DNA from: a virus
Taxonomy: Duplodnaviria; Heunggongvirae; Uroviricota; Caudoviricetes
DNA length: 64,000 nucleotides
Reading direction: 5' to 3' (one strand)
IMG/VR virus record: IMGVR_UViG_2667527592_000002
Every line of letters begins with the position of its first letter. The first letter of the stretch is position 1. Below the pieces are notes generated by a model, which did no database searches, was not told the DNA's origin, and saw only the letters and a program-made list of their open reading frames with translations. Below, piece by piece: positions 36,018-45,496 of the stretch. Made by a program: the position numbers and the translations under genes.

Positions 36018-36923
36018 ATGAGATCAGTCGCTTTCAAAAATATCTTCATCTATCGTCTTTCACGCGAAGTTAACTGGGATACCGCAGAAGTAAATGCTGC
36101 CCTTAGCAAGTTTGTGTTTACCCCATGCGGTTCTCAGGATATTGCTAAAGCTGGTTGGACCCCCGTCCTTGGCGACAACCTCACCCATGAATACAAGGGT
36201 TTTCTTCTGATACAGCATAAACGAGAGGAAAAAATCCTACCTTCTCAAGTGCTCAAAGAAGAGCTACAGAAAAAAATCCTGAAACTTGAAGAAGAACAAG
36301 ACAGAAAGCTGAAGAAGACCGAAAAAGATTCGCTGAAGGATGAAGTGCTTCACTCTCTTCTTCCTCGTGCTTTCACGAGAAAATCAGTCGCTAAAATCCT
36401 GATAGACCGAAGCAATCATCTGGTTTTTGTCGAGGCGAGCAGTGCTAAAAAAGCAGAGGATCAGCTGGCTTTGTTACGGAAATCTCTTGGCAGCTTGCCC
36501 GTTGTCCCCTTCTCTCCGAAAGACCCATTAGAACTGACCATCACTGGCTGGATTAAAAATGGCTTCCCGAACGGTTTCCGTGCCGGTGAGGAAGCGACCT
36601 TAAAAGCATTGCTTGATGATGGCGGCGCGGTCCGCTGCAAAAAAGTGGACCTGCTATCCGACGAGATCATGAGTCATATAGAAGCTGGTAAGGTTGCAAC
36701 CACAGTTGCGGTTAACTGGCAAGACCGTGCATTTTTCAGACTGAATGACGATATGAGTATCAAGGCTTTGTCGTTCAGCGACGAATTGTACGACCAGAAC
36801 GACGATATTGATCGAGAGGATGTTGCTCAACGATTTGACGCTGACTTTATCCTGTTTACTGCTGAATTATCAGCGATGTTCACTTCGCTGGTGGAGGCCG
36901 TTGGTGGTGAAGCAGAACGTTAA
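36018..36923 (+). CDS. rdgC: recombination-associated protein RdgC
   Basis: Collinear with E. coli RdgC as I recall it: [45 protein letters not shown]. Confidence 0.85.
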   Translation: MRSVAFKNIFIYRLSREVNWDTAEVNAALSKFVFTPCGSQDIAKAGWTPVLGDNLTHEYKGFLLIQHKREEKILPSQVLKEELQKKILKLEEEQDRKLKKTEKDSLKDEVLHSLLPRAFTRKSVAKILIDRSNHLVFVEASSAKKAEDQLALLRKSLGSLPVVPFSPKDPLELTITGWIKNGFPNGFRAGEEATLKALLDDGGAVRCKKVDLLSDEIMSHIEAGKVATTVAVNWQDRAFFRLNDDMSIKALSFSDELYDQNDDIDREDVAQRFDADFILFTAELSAMFTSLVEAVGGEAER

Positions 36924-36936
36924 CAATAGACCTCTT

Positions 36937-37587
36937 ATGGTGAGTCTTTGTGATTTCACGGGGAAAATGGTCGCCCCCTGGCTGGAGCATGGTATAGATG
37001 CTGTTATCGTCGATCCACAACACGCAAAGACCACAGATGAGCTGATGCAATCAGGCGCAGTTCTGACACGTATCAGTGCGATTATCGATAGTGATGAAGT
37101 TTATGCTTTTCTCCGAAATAATTTACAACGTATTGTGTTTTTAGCTGGTTTTCCGCCGTGCACGGACCTTGCTGTTTCCGGTGCGCGCTGGTTTGCACAT
37201 AAGGCTGACAAAGATCCGGTTTTCCAGTTCAAAGCGATGCAAGTCGTCTGGCAGTGTTACGACATTGCAAAGATGATTGGTTGCCCGTACATGATTGAAA
37301 ACCCGGTCAGCCAAATATCGACATTCTGGCGTAAACCTGATCACATCTTCCATCCTTACCACTTCACTGCATATTGCAAGGAAGACAATTACACCAAAAA
37401 AACATGCCTCTGGAGCGGGCAGGGCTTTGTCATGCCTGATGCCCTAATGGACGAATCATTAGGCAAGCCAGATAACAGAATCCATACCGCGCCACCTGGG
37501 CCTGAAAGGGCTAATTTTCGAAGTGCTACTCCGAATGGATTCGCAAAAGCAGTTTTCGAAGCAAATAAGGGGGTGCTCTATGAGTAA
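36937..37587 (+). CDS. short DNA (cytosine-5) methyltransferase-like protein
   Basis: GFPPC (PC catalytic motif), MIENPV (ENV motif); only 217 aa, no obvious target-recognition domain. Confidence 0.45.
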   Translation: MVSLCDFTGKMVAPWLEHGIDAVIVDPQHAKTTDELMQSGAVLTRISAIIDSDEVYAFLRNNLQRIVFLAGFPPCTDLAVSGARWFAHKADKDPVFQFKAMQVVWQCYDIAKMIGCPYMIENPVSQISTFWRKPDHIFHPYHFTAYCKEDNYTKKTCLWSGQGFVMPDALMDESLGKPDNRIHTAPPGPERANFRSATPNGFAKAVFEANKGVLYE

Positions 37588-38485
37588 ATCTCTAGTAAGC
37601 ACAGCCATAGAAAGACATGATTCGATGGCGGAAATTAGCTATATGCGCACCATTCGGACTCCGGATGAATACGAGCGTCCGATCTTCAAATGGGTAGGCG
37701 GTAAATTTTCAGAGTTGCCTATAGTGCTTGAGCATCTACCACACGGTAAGCGGTTAATAGAACCATTCGTTGGTGGCGGTTCCGTATTTACGAATGCAGG
37801 ATTTCGCCACAACCTGCTTAATGATATTAACGGTGACTTGATTAACTTCTATCAGACATTGCAGCGAGAAAGACATTCTCTAGTCACGCTGTCATATAGT
37901 TTTTTCCAAAATTACAACAACGCTGACGCTTACCTCGAAGTGCGTGAGGCATTTAACAGAGGAAAGTATGACCAACTACATCATGCTGCTGCCTTTTTGT
38001 ACCTTAATCGGCACTGTTTTAATGGCGTAACACGGTACAACCAAAATGGCGAGTTCAACGTAGGGTATGGTAAATACAAAGCGCCCTACTTCCCACATGC
38101 AGAGATGGAGGCATTTTTGGCTGATGACGTACTCAAAAACACTTCCTTTGTATCAGGTGACTTTGCTGGCGTCATCGAGGCGGCTGGTGAAGGCGATGTG
38201 ATTTTTTGCGATCCGCCGTATGAACCGCTGCCGGATACAGAAGGGTTTACCAGTTATTCAGGAAATAGCTTCCGTTTCGACGAACAGAAACGGCTGGTAT
38301 CTCTATTGGTGGAAGCCCACCAGCGCGGCGCTAAGGTAGTGATTACAAATAGTGGTGCTCCAAACATCCGTGAACTATATGAAGGAAACGGGTTTAAAGT
38401 ACATCATATGGCAGCCAGACGGTCGGTTTCCTGCAAGGCGTCAACACGTGTAGTTGCTAACGATATAATTGCAATAATGAAGTAA
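37580..38485 (+). CDS. Dam-family DNA adenine methyltransferase
   Basis: KWVGGK, EPFVGGGSVF and DPPY motifs; start overlaps upstream stop. Confidence 0.85.
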   Translation: MSKSLVSTAIERHDSMAEISYMRTIRTPDEYERPIFKWVGGKFSELPIVLEHLPHGKRLIEPFVGGGSVFTNAGFRHNLLNDINGDLINFYQTLQRERHSLVTLSYSFFQNYNNADAYLEVREAFNRGKYDQLHHAAAFLYLNRHCFNGVTRYNQNGEFNVGYGKYKAPYFPHAEMEAFLADDVLKNTSFVSGDFAGVIEAAGEGDVIFCDPPYEPLPDTEGFTSYSGNSFRFDEQKRLVSLLVEAHQRGAKVVITNSGAPNIRELYEGNGFKVHHMAARRSVSCKASTRVVANDIIAIMK

Positions 38486-38486
38486 A

Positions 38487-38516
38487 AAACGCCGCAGTAG
38501 CGGCGTTTACTTTTTC
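38487..38516. terminator. bidirectional rho-independent terminator between dam-like and glnS
   Basis: AAACGCCGC-AGTA-GCGGCGTTT with T-runs on both strands. Confidence 0.6.
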
Positions 38517-38533
38517 ATGTGGCGAAATACCTA

Positions 38534-40195
38534 TTAACCTAACTTCGCCCAGGTATCACGCAGCCCAACGGTGCGGTTAAATACCGGTTTTTCCGCCGTA
38601 GAATGGCGGCTGTCGAGGCAGAAATAACCTTCACGCTCAAACTGGAATGCTTTACCCGCTACCGCTTCTTTCAGCGACGGTTCAGCAAAGCCTTGTTTGA
38701 TCACCAGCGATTCCGGGTTAATCACCGACAGGAAATCATCCGCAGCACCTGGGTTCGGTACACTGAACAGACGGTCGTACAGGCGAATTTCAACCGGCAG
38801 CGCATGTGCCGCGCTCACCCAGTGAATAACGCCTTTCACTTTACGACCATCTGCCGGATCTTTGCTTAAGGTGTCGGCGTCATAAGTACAGAAGATGGTG
38901 GTGATATTGCCTTCGGCATCTTTCTCCACGCGTTCAGCCTTAATGACGTAAGCATTACGCAGACGCACTTCTTTACCCAGCACCAGACGTTTGTACTGCT
39001 TGTTAGCTTCTTCGCGGAAATCGGCGCGGTCGATCCAAATCTCACCGCTAAACGGCACCTGACGGCTACCCATTTCCGGTTTGTTTGGATGGTTCGGCAT
39101 GGTGACCATTTCGCCTTCGCCCTGGTAGTTTTCGATAACCAGTTTCACCGGATCGATAACCGCCATTGCGCGCGGGGCATTTTCGTTGAGATCTTCACGG
39201 ATGCAGGATTCCAGCGACGCCATCTCAATGGTGTTGTCCTGCTTGGTCACGCCGATGCGTTTGCAGAACTCACGAATAGAAGCCGCAGTGTAACCACGAC
39301 GACGCAGACCGGAAATGGTCGGCATACGCGGGTCATCCCAGCCTTCAACGTGCTTGTCGGTCACCAGCAGGTTCAGCTTACGCTTGGACATCACGGTGTA
39401 TTCCAGATTCAGGCGCGAGAATTCGTACTGGCGCGGGTGAACAGGAATGGTGATGTTGTCCAGTACCCAGTCATACAGACGACGGTTGTCCTGGAACTCA
39501 AGCGTACACAGAGAGTGCGTAATACCTTCCAGCGCATCGCTGATGCAGTGGGTGAAGTCGTACATCGGGTAGATGCACCACTTGTTGCCAGTCTGGTGGT
39601 GTTCAGCAAACTTAATACGGTACAGCACCGGGTCGCGCATCACGATAAACGGCGAAGCCATGTCGATTTTCGCACGCAGGCAGGCTTTACCTTCTTCAAA
39701 ACCACCGGCACGCATTTTTTCGAACAGCGCCAGGTTCTCTTCAACGCTGCGGTCGCGGTACGGGCTGTTTTTACCCGGCTGCGTCAGGGTGCCGCGGTAT
39801 TCGCGGATCTGTTCCGGCGTCAGTTCGTCAACATACGCCAGGCCTTTGTTGATCAGTTCAACAGCATAGGCATGGAGTTTGTCAAAATAATCGGAGGAGT
39901 AACGGATGTTGCCAGACCAGTGAAAACCTAACCATTCAACGTCGTTTTTAATCGACTCAACGTACTCGATATCTTCTTTTACCGGGTTAGTGTCGTCGAA
40001 ACGCAGGTTGCACTGGCCTTTATAGTCCTGGGCGATCCCGAAGTTCAGGCAGATAGATTTCGCATGACCAATATGCAGATAGCCATTCGGTTCCGGCGGG
40101 AAACGGGTATGTACTGTGGTGTGCTTACCACTGGCCAGATCTTCATCGATGATCTGACGAATAAAGTTAGTCGGGCGGGCTTCTGCCTCACTCAT
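38534..40195 (-). CDS. glnS: glutaminyl-tRNA synthetase
   Basis: 553 aa; near-identical to E. coli GlnRS from memory ([17 protein letters not shown]...; HIGH in YLHIGHAKS; MSK in VMSKRKL). Confidence 0.95.
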   Translation of the reverse strand: MSEAEARPTNFIRQIIDEDLASGKHTTVHTRFPPEPNGYLHIGHAKSICLNFGIAQDYKGQCNLRFDDTNPVKEDIEYVESIKNDVEWLGFHWSGNIRYSSDYFDKLHAYAVELINKGLAYVDELTPEQIREYRGTLTQPGKNSPYRDRSVEENLALFEKMRAGGFEEGKACLRAKIDMASPFIVMRDPVLYRIKFAEHHQTGNKWCIYPMYDFTHCISDALEGITHSLCTLEFQDNRRLYDWVLDNITIPVHPRQYEFSRLNLEYTVMSKRKLNLLVTDKHVEGWDDPRMPTISGLRRRGYTAASIREFCKRIGVTKQDNTIEMASLESCIREDLNENAPRAMAVIDPVKLVIENYQGEGEMVTMPNHPNKPEMGSRQVPFSGEIWIDRADFREEANKQYKRLVLGKEVRLRNAYVIKAERVEKDAEGNITTIFCTYDADTLSKDPADGRKVKGVIHWVSAAHALPVEIRLYDRLFSVPNPGAADDFLSVINPESLVIKQGFAEPSLKEAVAGKAFQFEREGYFCLDSRHSTAEKPVFNRTVGLRDTWAKLG

Positions 40196-40369
40196 TGTGG
40201 ATTCCTCAAAGCGTAAACAACGTATAACAGCGTATGATCTTATAAGCCGAATAGGCTGACAACCACTAGTTGATTAGAAATTGCTTTCTATCGTTATTTC
40301 AATAATGAGCTTTTTCATGAAGCCCACTTTTGCGCATAAGTAAATTAATGATAAATGGTACACAATCGG

Positions 40370-40428
40370 AACCAAAAAGGATGTAAAGGTGCACCAAATT
40401 AGTGGTGTATTGGTACACCTTTGGTTCA
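40370..40428. promoter_or_regulatory. long imperfect palindrome (GGTGCACC / GGTGTA..TACACC), candidate centromere or terminator
   Basis: AAAGGTGCACC ... GGTACACCTTT inverted arms with outer GAACCAAA / TTTGGTTC. Confidence 0.3.
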
Positions 40429-40463
40429 AGACTTTTTAAGTTCTAAAACCAACCTGAAAGACT

Positions 40464-40751
40464 TTATTTTGCTTCCTCAGACTCCGCTAACATGAGGATA
40501 GCATGGCGGATCATATTCAATTTGCTGCGATTATGCTTTTTACTTAACGCATCAAGTACTTGGTACTCGTATTCATTGAAACCAACACGAATAGATTTAA
40601 AATCACGTGGAGCGTCCTTATCGAGCACTTTGTTGTCTTCTGGTTGCTCACCCGGCACCAAATCAGCCTTACTGGCAAAATCCTCAATTCGGCGTTCAAG
40701 ATCGGGGTCTTTTACTTCGGGGGCTTTTACCGATTTACGAGGCTTAATCAC
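40464..40751 (-). CDS. ribbon-helix-helix centromere-binding protein (ParG-like)
   Basis: 95 aa; C-terminal RHH-like RVGFNEYEYQVLDALSKKHNRSKLNMIRHAIL; overlaps parA stop. Confidence 0.6.
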   Translation of the reverse strand: MIKPRKSVKAPEVKDPDLERRIEDFASKADLVPGEQPEDNKVLDKDAPRDFKSIRVGFNEYEYQVLDALSKKHNRSKLNMIRHAILMLAESEEAK

Positions 40752-41385
40752 TTAATAACTCCTTAACCAACATCTGGATTTCACCTTTAGCTTTCCCGTT
40801 GTCCATCTCAACAACGCCCTTCCCTTCAGCCATGCAATCGCGGTAAACCTTACGATCACGAATGATGGTTTTCAGCAACTTCAGTTGCGGATATTCAGCC
40901 AGGTACTCTTTGGCCTCATTAGTTTCATTCACAACCGGATTGGATGGGGCCATTGTTAAGACTGCGAACGCCTTAATGCTAGGATTAGGCATCAGGTCCA
41001 AAGCCTCTTCAAACACTTCAACAAAGTGTGCCAGCGTGTCTAAATCTGGTTGAGATGGTCTGAATGGGACCAACACAATATCTGCAGCGGTTATGCCTGT
41101 ACGCATCTCTTTGCTATCGCGCCCGGCTGTATCAACAACTACAAATTCATAACGCTTATCCAGATCGAGAAGTGTTTCTCGAATATTACCAAACTTCTGG
41201 ACACAATGAATTACAGGAGAAACCTCTGCCGTGTTACGGTCAGCTGCCCAGCGGGCAGCTGTTCCTTGCTTGTCTGCATCTAGTAACACTACATCCTTAT
41301 TTGCGCGGGCAAGCTCCGCACAGATGTTTACGCTTGTGGTTGATTTTCCACAGCCACCTTTTTGGCTGACTACCAATATAATCAT
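40744..41385 (-). CDS. parA: ParA-family partition ATPase (small type Ib, ParF-like)
   Basis: Deviant Walker A SQKGGCGKST, VVVDTAG Walker B; ATG 41385 after GAGGAA RBS. Confidence 0.85.
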   Translation of the reverse strand: MIILVVSQKGGCGKSTTSVNICAELARANKDVVLLDADKQGTAARWAADRNTAEVSPVIHCVQKFGNIRETLLDLDKRYEFVVVDTAGRDSKEMRTGITAADIVLVPFRPSQPDLDTLAHFVEVFEEALDLMPNPSIKAFAVLTMAPSNPVVNETNEAKEYLAEYPQLKLLKTIIRDRKVYRDCMAEGKGVVEMDNGKAKGEIQMLVKELLSD

Positions 41386-41625
41386 ATCCGTTCCTCGGTG
41401 TGATTTTGGTATCAAAACGGTTCCAGATAAGAGCCTTTTTGATGCGGGACAGGCTCTATAATGGAGTCATGAATGTTTGGCAAAGTATAACATCAATCAG
41501 ACCAAATACACCTTATATTGCATCCTATTTAACACGAAATCAGCCCTAAATTGGAACCAGATACAAAATTGCACCATAACAGCACCTAACTGGTGCCAGA
41601 TTAACACTAATTAGACACCATTAAG

Positions 41626-41654
41626 GCATAAAAAAGGCTGCAATTTGCAGCCTT
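41626..41654 (-). terminator. rho-independent terminator downstream of parR
   Basis: AAGGCTGCA-ATT-TGCAGCCTT perfect 9-bp stem; T5 follows on minus strand. Confidence 0.6.
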
Positions 41655-41672
41655 ACACCAGCACATCTTCTG

Positions 41673-42017
41673 TCAATCAGGTAGAGAGTCAGCCAGATTG
41701 CGCGCCGACGCGCTTTTGGCAACAACTTGCTCCTTCACTGGCTCAATGGAGGCAGGGCGCTCCTCAACCGCAGCTGGTAGTTCCAGGAAGGATGCCAGCA
41801 TTTTTCGGATCAGCTCCGGGTTGTTGTCTTCGGTCAGCAGGGAAGCCAGTAATCCTGGAAGCCTGCTATCGACTTCTCCCAGCGCAAGCCCTGCCAACAA
41901 TGCGGTTCTTGCCATATCGCTATGTTTTTTTATCTTCTCGCTCGCCGCCTTTTCATTGGCATAAGCCTCTGGGCGAAGATAAATCATCACTTTCTTACGT
42001 TCCTGAGACATGGACAT
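41673..42017 (-). CDS. parR: ParR-like adaptor (type II partition)
   Basis: 114 aa directly downstream of parM; ARTALLAGLALG resembles ParR N-terminal region. Confidence 0.6.
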   Translation of the reverse strand: MSMSQERKKVMIYLRPEAYANEKAASEKIKKHSDMARTALLAGLALGEVDSRLPGLLASLLTEDNNPELIRKMLASFLELPAAVEERPASIEPVKEQVVAKSASARNLADSLPD

Positions 42018-42024
42018 TACCTCG

Positions 42025-42981
42025 TTAACCGATTGCTTTCAGGCCATGAACAAGAGCAAGTTGCGGGTCATCCGCCACGAAGAAACGGTCATCACGAATA
42101 TTAACTTGCTCGCGAATTGCATCTGCCACCAGCGGTGCGCCACCACCGATCACCATGACATGCGTATATCCTTTAAAGTCGCCAATCACATCAAGAACTC
42201 GGGTACGCAGACGGTCAATGCTTGCGGCAATGGCCTTTTTCACATCACCAATCGCTGATGGGTCATTGATATTGTCGTTCAGATAATCTTCATCGTGGCG
42301 GTTAATAATGAGCTGATCAACATTGTAATTTGACGTTTCGGTATTGGCCCTTGCAAGTGCTTGCCTTACTTCCCTGGTGACCAGTGATACACCAAGATTC
42401 GAATCGCCAAAAACACGGGAAACTGCCGTCATTTGCCCGGCGACCATTGAAACATCAAGGGTAGTTCCACCCAAATCGACGATAAGAACAGAATGGGCAG
42501 GGTTCAGATTGTCGCACAGGCCAATTCCTGCCGGAATAGACTCCGGTCGTACCGTAACTTTCTTAATCGTGAACACATTGCCTTTATTCAGCGTGACGGG
42601 GCGCATAAGGCTGGCTTTCTTGCGCTCGATGTTATCGAGATTGTATTGCGCGTCGTCGTCGTAAAACTCCGCCAGAGGCAGCGTGACCACAATTTCTACT
42701 TCCTGCGGCTCAATACCGCTTGTCAGCAGGGCATGGTGAACAGCCAGGACGTTAAGCGGGCTGTATTGCCATTCCACGTTATTCGTCGGCAGAACATCTG
42801 GCGAGATCAAATCATACGAATACTTCTCGTCGTCAATGACATAGTTAAACGGCTTGCCAGCACCAAATGTTGCTGACCATCCGCGCTTAAAGCTGTTAGG
42901 ACTGATGTGAGTGCGAGTTTCCCCGTCGTGCTCCCACAGCATTTTGATATTGGTTGAACCATCATCGATAAAAATGCGCAT
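42025..42981 (-). CDS. parM: ParM/StbA actin-like segregation ATPase
   Basis: MRIFIDDGSTNIK ... HISPNSFKRGW ... VLAVHHALLTSG collinear with R1 ParM; ATG 42981 after GGAG. Confidence 0.85.
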   Translation of the reverse strand: MRIFIDDGSTNIKMLWEHDGETRTHISPNSFKRGWSATFGAGKPFNYVIDDEKYSYDLISPDVLPTNNVEWQYSPLNVLAVHHALLTSGIEPQEVEIVVTLPLAEFYDDDAQYNLDNIERKKASLMRPVTLNKGNVFTIKKVTVRPESIPAGIGLCDNLNPAHSVLIVDLGGTTLDVSMVAGQMTAVSRVFGDSNLGVSLVTREVRQALARANTETSNYNVDQLIINRHDEDYLNDNINDPSAIGDVKKAIAASIDRLRTRVLDVIGDFKGYTHVMVIGGGAPLVADAIREQVNIRDDRFFVADDPQLALVHGLKAIG

Positions 42982-43007
42982 CTTCTTGCTCCACTTCTGA
43001 GACACAT

Positions 43008-43162
43008 TTGAGAATCAAAATGTAATTTTAAAAGAGAAGCACCCAAAAATCCACACCAAACGAGACAAAAAAGAGCGCTTGTTGAGTTTATTTTGAGAAT
43101 ATCTTAATCACCCACTGAATGATGGCCTGATAGTGAGATTTATTTGAGAATGAATTGAGAAT
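43008..43162. repeat. parC-like centromere repeats (TTGAGAAT x4 plus degenerate copies)
   Basis: TTGAGAAT at 43008, 43093, 43144, 43155; variants TTGAGTTT (43082), GTGAGATT (43132); upstream of parM. Confidence 0.45.
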
Positions 43163-43248
43163 ACAAAAAATATTCCGAAATTTAACTCTCCGTTTGAATG
43201 ACGAAATAACAAAGTGATGACAATAGGAGGATAACCAGGAGGTGAAGA

Positions 43249-43533
43249 ATGAGCGCAATAGCCACCAGCGACACCCTTTGTTCTGGTCACGGAGGATTTC
43301 CGCCGCGACTGGTAGCTGAAACCGTTCCCTGGTTCACCGTTAACGGTAAGCCAGTTGTTGTAGATGGTGCCATGTTTCCCAGTCACACTGACGGTAACAG
43401 TGCACACCCAGGGGCAGCTGTATCGACGCGAGTATGGTTTTCGATAGGTGGAAAGGGAGTTGTCTGTGTAGGCGATCCGCTTTCTTGTGGTTCTGTTATC
43501 GCCAACGGCGAGGATATTTTTCAGGTTGCATAA
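43249..43533 (+). CDS. PAAR-motif spike-tip protein
   Basis: 94 aa; CSGHGGFPP ... PSHT ... GSVIANG pattern; AGGAGG RBS. Confidence 0.6.
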   Translation: MSAIATSDTLCSGHGGFPPRLVAETVPWFTVNGKPVVVDGAMFPSHTDGNSAHPGAAVSTRVWFSIGGKGVVCVGDPLSCGSVIANGEDIFQVA

Positions 43534-44339
43534 TGCTTGATTCAATAGGTGAAGTTAAAGCCTTCAAAATTCTGTCAGATGCCGGTATCTCTACACCAGA
43601 ATCTATAACCATAAGCCGGGCAGCTTCTGTAAAAGCCTCATCGCTCGCCAGCGCCATACAGGGAATAGTTCACGCCGATAAAACCTATCCTGATTCTGTT
43701 TCGGCCTGGGCTACTCAATTGCTTGGCTTTTCTGAACAGCTCAATGAGGCCAGCAAAGCGTCTTCATTACTGGCTGATTCTCTTTCCCCATACACCAAGC
43801 CATCAGAGCTGTTACAGATGAAGATTGGCTGGGAATGCTACGCAAAAGGTAACGAGCTGCCCCTCATACCTGCTTTCGCCCTTGTTGAGGGAATGGGTAA
43901 TGTTTCCATTCCGCAATCTCTAACGGACGCATTGACGGCGCTAAAACTTGATGCTCTGAAAACCGCCATGAACGCCATTAACGCAAAAATTGAAGCTGCC
44001 GGAAGTGCTGGTGGTGGTGATAGCAATGGTGGACAGGGTGGTGCTGGGGGCGCTCAGGCTCCAGTCATTACTCAGGATGAAATTGATGCTTTACGGGAAG
44101 CAGTGACAGCCGCCGAAGCTTTACTCTCCGAAATTAACTCAGCAAGTGAGAGTGTCGTAGCCCTTACAGGTCGCATTAAAACGTCAACCACTCAGGCAAC
44201 CAAAGGTTTAGAGAACGCTGTCGCCATCACGTTAACTGGTTCTCTACTGGATGATGCAGTAATGAGTCCGGCAATCAGTTTAATCATGCCACAAGGCGTT
44301 ATCGATGCACTCCAAAAGAACACCAAAAAGGAACCATAG
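43533..44339 (+). CDS. hypothetical protein, Gly-rich central linker (268 aa)
   Basis: ATG overlaps PAAR stop (TAATG); track's longer 43434 start is an out-of-context extension. Confidence 0.45.
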   Translation: MLDSIGEVKAFKILSDAGISTPESITISRAASVKASSLASAIQGIVHADKTYPDSVSAWATQLLGFSEQLNEASKASSLLADSLSPYTKPSELLQMKIGWECYAKGNELPLIPAFALVEGMGNVSIPQSLTDALTALKLDALKTAMNAINAKIEAAGSAGGGDSNGGQGGAGGAQAPVITQDEIDALREAVTAAEALLSEINSASESVVALTGRIKTSTTQATKGLENAVAITLTGSLLDDAVMSPAISLIMPQGVIDALQKNTKKEP

Positions 44340-44394
44340 CAACACCACTTAGGAACACAAAAGGATGTGAATTGGTACATGTTTAACACCAAAA

Positions 44395-44868
44395 ATGAAC
44401 CTGAAGAGGATGGTTTTGAAAAAGATAATTTTGATTGTAATTGCGCTTTTAGCCATTTCTGGAATTTACCGAACAACGACGGCAGTTATCGAACACATCA
44501 GGTATGTCCGATCGCTTGAAGACTCAAAATCACAACTGGAAAGCACGAACAACACGCTTTCTACCGCATTACAGTTAAGTGAGAACGCTCGCTCAGCCAT
44601 GCTGACCGAAAACGAAAGAATTAAAGCACTGGAAAAGGAGTACCAGCGCAAAACAGCAGAACTGAATGCCAACCTAATCAAACAACGGGAGGAAAGCCAG
44701 AATGAAATCACTCGCCTTGAAAATGCGTTACGCCGTGCTGGGATTAACGATGTGCGTGTGCCTGATGACGTTATCAGGATGCAGCGGGAACGGGCAAAAG
44801 CCATCAACCAGCGTGCCAGTGAAAATTACCGTAGAAGCCACCAGCAAGCCGCAGGCAAATCTGATTGA
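44395..44868 (+). CDS. Rz-like inner-membrane spanin (i-spanin)
   Basis: N-terminal TM (IILIVIALLAISGIY) then coiled coil; alternative start ATG 44410 has better RBS. Confidence 0.55.
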   Translation: MNLKRMVLKKIILIVIALLAISGIYRTTTAVIEHIRYVRSLEDSKSQLESTNNTLSTALQLSENARSAMLTENERIKALEKEYQRKTAELNANLIKQREESQNEITRLENALRRAGINDVRVPDDVIRMQRERAKAINQRASENYRRSHQQAAGKSD

Positions 44869-45034
44869 TTACTCCCCTTGTTTAGTGCCAGAAGACACGC
44901 CAGTGCTGTTAAACAAGTATCCGACATACGCTGAACAGTTATTCAGCACGATCGACGAATGCAACCAACGAAACGCACTGAATAACCAAAGAAACAGGGA
45001 GATTTGGGAAGGGAAGGGGGATCAAGGCTCCTGA
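44702..45034 (+). CDS. Rz1-like outer-membrane lipoprotein spanin (o-spanin), overlapping Rz in +1 frame
   Basis: Lipobox LMTLSGC after short signal; Pro-rich; starts inside Rz and extends past its stop. Confidence 0.5.
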   Translation: MKSLALKMRYAVLGLTMCVCLMTLSGCSGNGQKPSTSVPVKITVEATSKPQANLIDYSPCLVPEDTPVLLNKYPTYAEQLFSTIDECNQRNALNNQRNREIWEGKGDQGS

Positions 45035-45480
45035 AGCCAGATGTCCTGGCTGTCAGCTTCTTCGAAACCGTGACAGACGTTAAAGTCACTCAAACGATAC
45101 TGACGCTGACGGCCCCTATTTCGCTCATGCCAATGCATATATCCACCAGCAAATGCCAGCGGACAATCGCTATAGTCTATGTAACCAATACCATTCCCCA
45201 AACGTGCTTCGCGCGCACCAGCTTTCCAGGACAGTAGAAAAGAGTCACGATCCGCCAGCATAACAACAAAATCGTCCGGATCTCCGATACAGTGAAGAAT
45301 ACCTGCCTTACATAACTGCTTGAGCGCTTTTGACTGGCTCAGGATGTCTTCTCCGTAATACTGAAAACAATCATCAACAACAGCGGGATAGCCTGCCGGG
45401 GGATTCAGGCTGGTTGGTATAGCTGACGCGATCGCCAGCATTAAGCGATATTGTGTTTTTGATGGGTTAACGTGACTCAT
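45022..45480 (-). CDS. hypothetical protein (152 aa)
   Basis: ORF track. Confidence 0.45.
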   Translation of the reverse strand: MSHVNPSKTQYRLMLAIASAIPTSLNPPAGYPAVVDDCFQYYGEDILSQSKALKQLCKAGILHCIGDPDDFVVMLADRDSFLLSWKAGAREARLGNGIGYIDYSDCPLAFAGGYMHWHERNRGRQRQYRLSDFNVCHGFEEADSQDIWLQEP

Positions 45481-45496
45481 TTTGTCCCTTGTTTAC

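Noticed and set aside
38603-39931. Plus-strand ORFs antisense to glnS (38603..38869, 39089..39931, 39573..39869)
   Set aside because: Lie entirely within the strongly supported glnS gene on the opposite strand; typical antisense artefacts of a GC-balanced gene.
38534-40195. glnS as evidence that part of the window is host chromosome
   Set aside because: Phage-plasmid genes flank it on both sides and it shares a terminator with the element's Dam methylase; treated as cargo pending flank comparison.
42982-43005. N-terminal extensions of parM (GTG 43005), parA (41415) and repA (TTG 54313) given by the ORF track
   Set aside because: Homologue N-termini (ParM MxxFIDDGST, ParA Walker A near the N-terminus) and RBS positions favour the shorter ATG starts; the extensions would run into centromere or iteron DNA.
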